DNA of 64,000 bases from Paraphysomonas bandaiensis. Its lineage: Eukaryota; Protista; Chrysophyceae. The translations under genes were made by a program, and so were the position numbers. Under the pieces are notes generated by a model. The model saw nothing but the letters and a program-made list of their open reading frames with translations. It was not told where the DNA came from and did not search any database. The stretch lies in the NCBI GenBank assembly GCA_965644295.1, contig CBFFRP010000191.1, positions 1 to 64,000 of the forward strand, written 5' to 3'. Shown here one piece after another: positions 48,063-58,900 of this stretch. Within the stretch, counting starts at the first letter, position 1. Each line of letters begins with the position of its first letter.

Positions 48063-49706
48063 ATTCTCTGCCCTACGATGGCAAATACAGTCCAACATAA
48101 AGTTTCACCCTATTAACCAGCTCCAAGCCCAATGTCTCTATTGAGACCGTGGCTGAGTCACATCAGTGTGCCCAGGGCCTTTTACACTCCCTTACTGCTG
48201 CATTTTGTTGACCACCACGCTTCCGACAAATTACCTGTCACACCATGTTGTACACGCTCCAAGCCCCCCTGCCTGGCCTTGCAACCTTCACCCTACTCAA
48301 CTACTTCAGTTAAACCACGTGCCTGCACCAATGCAGCGCTGACCGCACCTATGTGCTATCCCCTCAGCAGACAACTTCGTCTCACCCATCGCTTTCTACG
48401 GCTACAACCTCTCAGAACATGGCTCGTGCGAGCAGGCTCACGAAAACGACCCCCATGGACCCCCTATGCAATCACTGAATACTCTCGATCCCTCTCAACT
48501 GTGCAACAGGGCTGCCTTCTGCCGCCCACTCAACCCAACCCAACATGATTTGTCTGTACCCCCTCACCCTGTTCACCTATCACCCCCACAGCCCATCCAT
48601 CTCATTGGATAGACACTGTATTCCGCATACGGTATACTCGACTACTGTACTACTGTGTCCTACAGGATGTATACCATTCCGTGTATACCTCTACTGCTGT
48701 TGGACACATCACCATGTCCATGTACCTGTCTACCTGTACTGTTGGACACATCACCAGCTCTCTCTCCCTGTCCAACACACTCATAACACCACTGCAGTGT
48801 CATACACACACACAGTACACTTACCTCCTCCTAGAAAACCCCCGGACAAACTATCTCCCCTCCCTTCGTCTCTGATACCTTGCCGTCATCTTCCTTCCAC
48901 ACATACTCTATGCCTCAGCCTGTACCCCCCTGCACCAACACAGACACTAACAAGGGCAGCTGAGGACGTCCGAGTGTCTCCTCCAGACCATCATCATCAT
49001 CACGATCATCTCGTGCATAGGGCTATCAGAGTACTCGACCTCAGTGACTCTTGTTCTGTTGCGCAGTCTCACTCTCCTCAATCAGATGTTGCCTCTCTTG
49101 CACCATCACACTCCCTCTCGACTCCCTGTAGCTGGACACACCGGATGACCCTCACATCCCACCCCTGTACAGCTATACACCCTCTTGCATGTGTTCTCTA
49201 CCGCTGGCTAAGACAGCAAAAGAGCCGATTTCGACGCTTCTTCACAGTAGGCCATAACCTTTTGCAAGACCTTCATCCACATACCTCCGAGCCACTTGGA
49301 ACAATGCCTAAAGGAAGGCCACCAGATCGCCAATCTCAGAAGGGCATATTACTGTTTCCCCTAACTGCCATAAGGCTAATAAGTCAGTCCCCGTGAGGTA
49401 CATAAGGCTATCTATCATATAGCGAGTGGAGTCTCATCCCAAGAGGAGACCTCCAGATCACACGCGCCGGTGAGTCCCAGGACACACGATCATGGCGAGC
49501 CTCATAACACACACTAAGAACGGAAGTGGTTGCACCTTGGTGCTTGCGGCGACGCACAAGCAGCTTCTGTAGCGTTAAATAGTAGGATAAAAGAGTTTGT
49601 ATTGATTAGTTACGGGTAGTAGTCTAACTAGTATGACTAGCATTCTTCTAGCCACTAATTGGTGCAGGCTTTCAACGCCTATTGCTAAATAATCAGACAT
49701 TCAATA
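48063..49706 (+). mobile_element. Family R long-type copy e, inserted in the copia 2 5' LTR
   Basis: 10-bp TSD TAAGGTTTAC (48053-48062, 49707-49716). The insert is absent from the 3' LTR, which shows the empty site. Confidence 0.9.
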
Positions 49707-49759
49707 TAAGGTTTACGTGTAGAGCAAAGTTAACTTCAGTGAAATGTCCTATGTTAACA

Positions 49760-49772
49760 TGGTAGCGAGTGG
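49760..49772 (+). promoter_or_regulatory. Primer-binding site, probably initiator tRNA-Met
   Basis: TGGTAGCGAGTGG immediately after the LTR. It is complementary to a tRNA end ...ACUCGCU-A-CCA (U72/A73, as in eukaryotic initiator tRNA). Confidence 0.7.
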
Positions 49773-51260
49773 TAGCACTGAAGAGACGAAGGAGGACAGC
49801 AAGGTGCTGAAGTTCGACAAGTACTAGGCCGAGGCGTCTGCTCAGAAAATAAAGATTCATCTGATGAAGAAAAATCGGAACCATCTGGGGTTAGAGCCGA
49901 AACCTGCTGGAGGAGGCAGAGCACAAGAATTATGGCATGAGCGAAATGACACGTGTGTTGCAACGATTAGGGAGGCTTGTGAACATGACGCTGATGTATT
50001 AGAGGTTGCCAATCAATACATGGAGGCGAAGGCGTTACTTCCAGATGATGATCCCAAAATAAGGAAGTTTTGTCCAATGAAATGCTTCAGACGCTGGTGG
50101 ATAGGTTTAGGGGTGAGTTGTGAAATGTACTCGAGAAGACTACAGCGGAATACCATAGCTTTAAAATTAGAGCCAATGAAAAGGTCGCTATTGGTATTGA
50201 TAGGTTGAATGGGATAATACAGAAATTGACTAAGTTGGGACAATCGCCAACCGAGGAGAGCAAGCTCGCCAAGATCAAAAAGTCCATACATACTCCAGAG
50301 CTGAAGGAGTTGTGGTTAGCTATTGCAATGCTGCCTAAAGCAACGACCACGTATCAGATAGTTAAAGACGCGTGCGAAGAATTCGATGAGGCTAAAAACG
50401 ACAACTGGAGGAGTTCGAAATTGACAAACAAGGAGAACAGGTCAATATGCTCGGACCACAAGGAGGTGTGGAGAATGTCAAACGCTCATTCTGTATGAAA
50501 AAAGGGCATACTGCAAGTGTGTGTCGTGTCAAACACAAAAATAAAATTTTCCAGAAGTTCAAGCGAAATGGGAAGGCTAAAGCAAAGAATATGAGGAAAG
50601 GAGCGCAACAAGTGGGTTCAGAAGCATATACAGGGTGTTTTCATTGTGGTAGCAAAGAACACAAGGCTGCTGAGAGTGTAAAAGAGGGAACAAGAGGAAG
50701 ATCGATAGGAAATATGAGAAAAAAGGCTCCAAGAAGGTTAAGAAGAGTTCATCAGTGGGGTGGTCCAAATACGTAGATGATGACGTTTCATCTGGAGAGG
50801 AGACCAACATGATAGATGGTGAAGTATTTCTGACTGAAACTGGAGATGAACGAGTGTACCTGGATAGTTGTGTGCTGGAAAGCAGTTGTTTATCGTCAAG
50901 GATGATAGAGTGCTGGAGAAGTATGTAGAAGAGCCGGGAGTAATATCACTGACCAAAAAGGGATCGGCGATGGAGATCCAAGGAGTGGGAAGTTTTCAGC
51001 AGTGGCGCGGCATCAAAGTATGTAATGATGCAGTGAAGAATATTGTCTCTGGAGGTATGCTGCGGGCTATAAGTCGAGGTAATACCAAAACCTGGGTTTT
51101 GATGTAAAACCTGGTAAGTAGTACTGTTCATGAAGATGGTGACGGGGTCGTCGTAGGTATATATGCGGTATTGTTCTGATTATTGTTGTGTGCTGTTACT
51201 ATAATACACTGTACTAACTGTGTAGTATAATGGTGTAGGAGAAGTACAAAGGGAAGAAGA

Positions 51261-54200
51261 ATGTCGTCGAAATTCGTGGCGACATATCCAACGACGACTC
51301 GGAGGAAGAGGTACCACGAAAGCTCACGAGCAGGGACAGTAGTACTGTTCATGAAGATGCTGATCAAGGGAACAGGGCTACAGCGACATCATTTATCTAA
51401 GACTACCAAAAAGAAGTGTGAGACCAGTTTGTGCAAGTGGTGTGCTAAGGCGAAGATCACTAGGCATGCATTTCGAGGACAAAGTGACCAGAATGTGGAG
51501 ATGAAGGCGACAGCATTCCTGGAGCGTATTACAGTGAATATTTCGGTTTATATGAATTGTCCATCTGTGGAGGGGTATAAGTACGCACTTGTATTTGTAG
51601 ATACGGCTACGAAAGAATTCTGGGAATACGGTCTACGAACGAGAACTGGGGATGAAGTGTTAAAATGCGTGAAGCATCTCTGTGAAGTCAGGCTACCAAA
51701 ATACCCAGGGTGGAACAGGATACAGCAGTACCATGCTGATGGTGGACCAGAGTTGATGGACAGGCGAATTAAAGAATACTTGTTACAAAAATTTGGAACC
51801 ACATTCTCCTACACTACTAGGGAGACACCAGAATTAAACGGTGTTTCAGAACGGAAATTCAGGACACTAGGAGAAATGACATTATCACTTTTATTGTCAT
51901 CGGGTATGCCAAAAGCAGAGTGGTGGAAAGCCTTTAGACATGCATGCTGGGTTCTTAGGAGATTACCCACAAAGACCTATAGAGGTTGGATGTCACCCTA
52001 CGAGTGTGTTCCTGGAGGAACGGTGCCAGATTTTTCTTGGTTACGGAAATGGGGGTGCAAGGCGTACGTTCTCATCCCGAAGGCAGATCGCAGGAAAGAC
52101 TGGGAAGAAAAGGCACAGACTGGATACTTTGTAGGGTTCCCAGAGGAGCAAATGGGATACCAAGTATTGATTGGAGATACTATAGTTACGTCTGTGCATG
52201 TTTTATTCGATGAATCTGTGCCTGAGAGATCGGCGGATTATTATCGAGAAATGGACGAGGCCATGGTTGCTGTGGATCCTCAGGAAAGAAATATTAGAGA
52301 CTTCGATTACTTAATCGGAAAGACCCATGAAGATGGCGGCCACCTATACAAGACCACACGAATATTGGTTCGAAAAGGTTTGATTGTAGGGTATAGATCC
52401 CTATTGTCTGGTGGTGCGGAGCAAGTGGAAGATAAGACTCCTATTCACATCGCCGATATACAGCGGATGAGTGAAGACCTTGCAACAAGAGTATCTGCAA
52501 GTTCTGGATCTCGTGACGACGGGACCAGCGGACATTTATCACAGCAGTTGACTGGGACGGTTCCATCCCCTTCTGACTTCGTAAGTGCTCCGGGAGAGGA
52601 AGCTCCATCAGATCGCTCATCAAGGGGCAGGCGTGCAAGGGCTCCAAGGGTGGTGACGAATGTGTCAGTTTTGGGTGAGATGCATTTATTGTCGTCATGT
52701 GTCGAAGACGAGTGCAGCCTATTACAGGAGGCAGATTCCATCTGGTGCTCGTCAGCGGGACCTAAGGTGCCTCAGACATATTCCGAATCCTTGGAGTTGC
52801 CGGAACGGAAGCAATGGAGTTCAGCAAGACAAGCTGAACGTGACGGTTTAGAACGTAGGGGAGTCATGGAAGTTAAGCCCATCCCTACCGGGGTCACTCC
52901 ATTGAAATCTAAGTATGTTTTCGCCTTGAAACGCAACAAAGAGGGTGCGATTCAACGATATAAGGCAAGACTTGTGGTACTTGGATGCGGAGACCATGAA
53001 GGTGGCAGAGCCAACAATTATGCTCCAGTGGTAAAAGCGGTAACAGTGAGATTGCTTTTAGCAATCGCTTTTGTTATGAATATGGTGGTGCATCAACTCG
53101 ACGTATCTAATGCATTTTTGTATGCAGATATACAAGGAGATGTGTATATGTATGCTACACCAGATTTTAAATTGCCACCAGGACACTGCTTTAAACTGAA
53201 GAAAAGTTTATATGGTCTTCGAAGCTCACCACGGTCATGGTATAAATGTCTTAATAAGTTTATTAAGTCCTTGCATTTTATATCATGTATACTTGACCCA
53301 TGTTTATATTTTACACGGATCAGGGGTGAATTAGTTCTGTTAGTAATATATGTAGATGATATGCTGATAGCATGTCGAGATACGAGTATTATTTTGGAAA
53401 TTAAGCGACGAGTATGTGAAAGGTTCGATATTACAGATATGAATGAGATTGGCCAGTTTTTGAACGTGAGAGTGACGAGAACTCAGAATTGTCTCAAACT
53501 TGACCAAACAGTGTACATCAAAAAGATATTGGCGAAGTATATGGATTTTCTGGGTCCAAGGGACAAGACTCGGCGATACCCACTACCTAGTGATGTCATG
53601 GATAGGATCAAAGTGGGAGTGGAACATGTGCATTCGACTGAAGAGCAGGAATTAGTTGACAATTTTCCCTATCGTCCACTAATAGGAGCGTTACTTTATT
53701 TATCTATGAATACAAGGCCGGATATATCATATGCAGTGGGAGTATTGTCACGATTCTCAACGAAAGTGAATATCACTGTATGTAAACTAATGATACATTT
53801 AATGCAGTATGTACGAGGTACTACGGAAAAAGGCATTCAATATAGAGGGAAAGATTTTGATCTTCATATGTTCACGGATGCTGACTGGGCGGGTGACCCG
53901 TTGACGAGGAGATCAACTTCAGGTTATGTTATGTTTGGAGCTGGTGGACCACTATCGTGGGGTTCCAAACTTCAGTCTACTGTAGCTACATCGACTATGC
54001 AAGCAGAGTATCAATGCTTATATAATGGATTACAGGAAATGATATGGTCTCGGGGGGTGACTGGTGAAGTAGGATTGAAAATTGACGAGCCCACACCATT
54101 ATTCCTGGATAGTCAAAGTGCTCAGGATATATCGGAAAATCCAGTGCAACATCAACGATCGAAACATATTGAGATTAAGTATCATATGATTAGAGAGCAT

Positions 54201-54395
54201 GTGGATCCCGAACAGTTTAATACAGCGAAATTAATTCATGTGAGCAGTCGACAACAGATGGCTGATATATATACCAAGGCTTTGAGTGGTCCAATATTCA
54301 TTGAACAGAGGGAGCGAAATCTTGGGGAAAAATTTAAGACTACTGCACAAATTATCGCAGAGGTACCCAAGGTAAAGAGAGTTCGTCGTAACTAG
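51261..54395 (+). CDS. pol: Copia pol (integrase - RT - RNase H), 5' part disrupted
   Basis: CKWC, FVDTAT, HADGGPE, NGVSERKFR; KARLV, QLDVSNAFL, YVDD; FTDADW, KHIEIKYH, ADIYTKAL. Confidence 0.93.
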   Translation: MSSKFVATYPTTTRRKRYHESSRAGTVVLFMKMLIKGTGLQRHHLSKTTKKKCETSLCKWCAKAKITRHAFRGQSDQNVEMKATAFLERITVNISVYMNCPSVEGYKYALVFVDTATKEFWEYGLRTRTGDEVLKCVKHLCEVRLPKYPGWNRIQQYHADGGPELMDRRIKEYLLQKFGTTFSYTTRETPELNGVSERKFRTLGEMTLSLLLSSGMPKAEWWKAFRHACWVLRRLPTKTYRGWMSPYECVPGGTVPDFSWLRKWGCKAYVLIPKADRRKDWEEKAQTGYFVGFPEEQMGYQVLIGDTIVTSVHVLFDESVPERSADYYREMDEAMVAVDPQERNIRDFDYLIGKTHEDGGHLYKTTRILVRKGLIVGYRSLLSGGAEQVEDKTPIHIADIQRMSEDLATRVSASSGSRDDGTSGHLSQQLTGTVPSPSDFVSAPGEEAPSDRSSRGRRARAPRVVTNVSVLGEMHLLSSCVEDECSLLQEADSIWCSSAGPKVPQTYSESLELPERKQWSSARQAERDGLERRGVMEVKPIPTGVTPLKSKYVFALKRNKEGAIQRYKARLVVLGCGDHEGGRANNYAPVVKAVTVRLLLAIAFVMNMVVHQLDVSNAFLYADIQGDVYMYATPDFKLPPGHCFKLKKSLYGLRSSPRSWYKCLNKFIKSLHFISCILDPCLYFTRIRGELVLLVIYVDDMLIACRDTSIILEIKRRVCERFDITDMNEIGQFLNVRVTRTQNCLKLDQTVYIKKILAKYMDFLGPRDKTRRYPLPSDVMDRIKVGVEHVHSTEEQELVDNFPYRPLIGALLYLSMNTRPDISYAVGVLSRFSTKVNITVCKLMIHLMQYVRGTTEKGIQYRGKDFDLHMFTDADWAGDPLTRRSTSGYVMFGAGGPLSWGSKLQSTVATSTMQAEYQCLYNGLQEMIWSRGVTGEVGLKIDEPTPLFLDSQSAQDISENPVQHQRSKHIEIKYHMIREHVDPEQFNTAKLIHVSSRQQMADIYTKALSGPIFIEQRERNLGEKFKTTAQIIAEVPKVKRVRRN

Positions 54396-54539
54396 ATAGA
54401 GGTGAATGAATGGTGGGAGCTAGCTATACCAGCGGAGTCATACGTCCACCAGTGTCCTATGAGGTTCGGTGGTTGCGTATCCGATAGCAATGTTCTTCAC
54501 AAATTTTAGAATGGTTAACTACATCCAATTGAGTGGGAG

Positions 54540-54888
54540 TGTTGAGTTCTGCAATATGATGTGATATATATTGTGCAATTGAAGTGAGTTAACAGTGTGC
54601 AATAGGTAAAGTCAACTCATAGGTGTAACGGGTGATTATAGTTACAAAGGAATTAAATTCAGTTACTGATGTGTGACTATACAAGATATAGAACTGACTG
54701 ATGAACATATGATAAACAGATGTTGCTATAAGAACAGATGTTTCAACATATGTTACACGAATAATATGTAGTGAAGTGTCCAGAATAATAATCATAATTT
54801 CTTACTTGAAAGTGCATTGTGTTCAACAGCAAGGTTAAGGTTTACGTGAAGAGCAAAGTTAACTTCAGTGAGATGTCCATTGTTAACA
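54540..54888 (+). repeat. 3' LTR of copia 2 (349 bp)
   Basis: Matches 47753-48062 joined to 49717-49759, with a few indels. Confidence 0.93.
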
Positions 54889-54945
54889 CTACAGAAGCTG
54901 CTTGTGCGTCGCCGCAAGCACCAAGGTGCGACCACTTCCGTTCTT
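54889..54945 (-). repeat. Family R core fragment f
   Basis: Reverse complement of ~49517-49573. Confidence 0.8.
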
Positions 54946-55957
54946 GATGTTGATTGCGAGTTGTGACCACGTGGCATCTCGCGTGCCCTACTTATGTGGC
55001 TATAGTGCGTTACTACAAGTGATACTTCAAGTCTATAATGTTGTGCTTGGAAGCGCAGAGCGCGACTAACTATTAATAACGCATTCATCAGCAGACAACA
55101 AATAATCACTCATATTATTATTATTCATAGCAAAACACAGAAGTAAAGAACTCGTTCCACGATGACTAAAGCCTCAAGCTTCTCTCATACCTGAACCAGT
55201 ACTCGGACTGCAGCTCTTCAGCATTGAATAGGACTCCTAGCATGGCAACCCAGCCTCAGCGACCAGTATGTCAGAGACAGGCCATGCAGACCCTTACACC
55301 CGCATCGGAAGTATTGCACAGACCCTGCATGCACTGGTCACGGGTAGAAAGTGCATCCAGAGACCATTACCTCCATTTGAGGGTATACGTGGGTGGACTG
55401 CCTCTAGTAGTAGGCTCCCAGGAGGGGGGAGTGTGCTCTGGGCCTGGTTCACCATGCGCTTCATAGGAACTGAAGCCGGTAAACACCCTCCTGCTCCATC
55501 GCTAACAAGCTCCAACCAGCTTGCGCTTAATCTGCCCTTACGGACCATACTGGCCTGCACAGCCTCCTTATGCTCCTTGTTGGGGGGTTCGCTGCCTCAT
55601 TGAGATGCTGCAACATGCGCTTATCGAGGTCGTTAGGAGAGACTGCAATGTGAATTATGGTCTACTGGACTCATATGCGACCCTTCGAGAGTCTGTCGGG
55701 GGCTCCAGCTGCCTGTGCGAGCAACACTGAGTGAGCTTGCCACACTAACATACACACTCGACTTCAGGTGAAAAAGTCATAAAAATAGATGATTTTATGT
55801 CTATTTTTTAGAATATACCACTTTTTCAATATTTGGGTATAAATACTGTGTTTTTTATATAAAAAGCCCCCATTCTAAGGTGTCTGTTGTTATACTGTCT
55901 GTATACATACATGTATGTCCTGAACATACTAGTAGAGGGGTGTCTGGTTCCCACAAT

Positions 55958-58900
55958 ATGCTCGGATGGTTCTGCTCTGTGGAACTTCGTGCATCCAGCT
56001 GGACAATTTTTATCCAAAGAACAATAGCGATGCTCGACCATACGACAGTCCCTCGTATGCATTACAAGATGCCCTCATGTGTGTATGTATATGAATCCAC
56101 TCATTCTCTGTGTGTTTGTGTCTCTGATAACACTCACAGTTGCCTCAGTTGTCTCTCAAGAGGCAGCGCTGTGTGACTTCATTCAGGCGACTGATGTTAC
56201 CTCCGCATGGTCTGAGTGGACCTGTGCGGGTGTGGGGAACAAGTGCAGCTTCAGAGGAGTCACCTGCACAGGATCGAACATAACCAGCGTGGACTTATCT
56301 GATGATGATATATCAGGATCTCTCCCCTCATCTATCAGCGATATGACTGCATTGACATATCTGGATATTGGTCACAACTCTCTCATCGGTACACTCCCCT
56401 CATCACTGGGTCAGATGACTTCTCTTAGTTATCTCTATCTAGATGGCAATTCCTTAACGGGTTCTCTCCCCTCATCTATCAGTGACATGACTGCATTGAC
56501 TTATTTGAATATTGGTTACAACTCTCTCTACGGTACACTCCCCTCATCATTGGGTCAGATGACTTCTCTTAGTGATCTATATCTACATTATAATTCCTTA
56601 ACGGGTCCTCTCCCCTCATCACTGGGTCAGATGACTTCTCTTGGCAGACTCTATCTACGTGACAATTCCTTAACGGGATCTCTCCCCTCATCTATCGGTG
56701 ATATGACTGCATTGACATATCTGGATATTGGTCACAACTCTCTCAACGGTACACTCCCCTCATCACTGGGTCAGATGACTTCTCTTAGTTATCTCTATCT
56801 AGATGGCAATTCCTTAACGGGTTCTCTCCCCTCATCTATCAGCGATATGACTGCATTGACATATCTGGATATTGGTTACAACTCTCTCAACGGTACACTC
56901 CCCTCATCACTGGGTCAGATGACTTCTCTTAGTTATCTCCGTCTATCTTCCAATTCCTTAACGGGTCCTCTCCCCTCATCTATCAGTGACATGACTGCAT
57001 TGACATATTTGGATATTGGTTCCAACTCTCTCTACGGTACACTCCCCTCATCACTGGGTCAGATGACTTCTCTTAGTTATCTCCGTCTATATGACAATTC
57101 CTTAACGGGTTCTCTCCCCTCATCTATCGGTGATATGACTGCATTGACATATTTGCATATTGCTGATAACTATCTCATCGGTACACTCCCCTCATCACTG
57201 GGTCAGATGACTTCTCTTAGTTATCTCTATCTAGATGGCAATTCCTTAACGGGTTCTCTCCCCTCATCTATCAGCGATATGACTGCATTGACATATCTGG
57301 ATATTGGTTACAACTCTCTCAACGGTACACTCCCCTCATCACTGGGTCAGATGACTTCTCTTAGTTATCTCCGTCTATCTTCCAATTCCTTAACGGGTCC
57401 TCTCCCCTCATCACTGGGTCAGATGACTTCTCTTACTGATCTCAGTCTACGTGACAATTCCTTTACGGGTCCTCTCCCCTACTCTCTTTCCAGTCTAACT
57501 AAATTACGAGTTCTAAGGGGTGATAGCAATATGTTCACAGGTGTCTACCCTTCCGAGCTATGCACAATGACTAAATTAACAACATTCTACCTCACACAAA
57601 CCAGTTACCATGAATGCTTGAGACCCACATCAGCCCCGACCCCTTTCCCTTCAGGACAACCATCTAGTGAACCGACAATTAACCTGGAAGAGGCAGCGCT
57701 GTGTGACTTCATTGAGGCGACTGATGTTACCTCCAAACGGTCTGAGTGGACCTGTGCGGGTGTGGGGAACAAGTGCAGCTTCACTGGAGTCACCTGCACA
57801 GGATCGAACATAGCCAGAGTGGACTTACATGATGATGATATATCAGGATCCCTCCCCTCATCTATCGGTGATATGTCTGCATTGACGTTTTTGGATATTG
57901 CTTACAACTCTCTAATCGGGACACTCCCCTCATCACTGGGTCAGATGACTTCTCTTATTGATCTCCGTCTACTTGGCAATTCCTTTACGGGTACTCTCCC
58001 CTCATCTATCAGTGATATGACGGCATTGATATATTTGAATACTCATTCCAACTCTCTCATCGGTACACTCCCCTCATCATTGGGTCAGCTGAATTCTCTT
58101 GGTTTTCTCGATCTATCTTCCAATTCCTTTACGGGTCCTCTCCCCGACTCTCTTTCCAGTCTAACCAAATTGCAATATCTAAGGGGTGATGGCAATATGT
58201 TCTCAGGTGTCTACCCTTCCGAGCTATGCACAATGACTCAATTAACAACATTCTACCTCACACAAACCAGTTACCATGAATGCTTGAGACCCACACCTGC
58301 ACCGACTCCTTTCCCTTCAGGACAACCATCTAGTGAACCGACAATTAACCTGGAAGAGTCAACGCTATGTGACTTCATTCAGGCGACTGATGTTACCTCC
58401 GTATGGTCTGAGTGGACCTGTGCGGATGTGGGGAACAAGTGCAGCTTCACTGGAGTCACCTGCACAGGATCGAACATAGCCAGGGTGCACTTATATGATG
58501 ATGATATATCAGGATCTCTCCCCTCATCACTGGGTCAGATGACTTCTCTTAGTTATCTCAATCTATATTCCAATTCCTTAACGGGTACTCTCCCCTCATC
58601 TATCAGTGATATCACTGCATTGACATATTTGCATATTGGCGTCAACTCTCTCAACGGTACACTCCCCTCATCACTGGGTCTGATGACTTCTCTTAGTAAA
58701 CTCCTTCTATATGGCAATTCCTTAACGGGTACACTCCCCTCATCACTGGGTCAGATGACTTCTCTTGTTGATCTCTATCTATCTTCCAATTCCTTTACGG
58801 GTCCTCTCCCCGACTCTCTTTCCAGTCTAACCAAATTACGAATTCTAAGGGGTGAGAACAATATGTTCACAGGTGTCTACCCTTCCGAGCTATGCACAAT

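Larger units (their letters stand above)
47753..54888 (+). mobile_element. Ty1/copia element 2 (gag degraded, IN-RT-RH open)
   Basis: LTRs 47753-49759 (interrupted) and 54540-54888, both TG...CA. PBS at 49760, PPT GAGTGGGAG, copia domain order. Confidence 0.93.

Noticed and set aside
48132-49396. ORFs inside family R copy e as a protein-coding gene
   Set aside because: Low-complexity His/Pro/Thr translations with no RT or nuclease motifs, and the frames are not preserved in copy d.
55140-55750. GC-richer segment with several short ORFs
   Set aside because: Probably a decayed mobile-element fragment, but no diagnostic motif supports a call.
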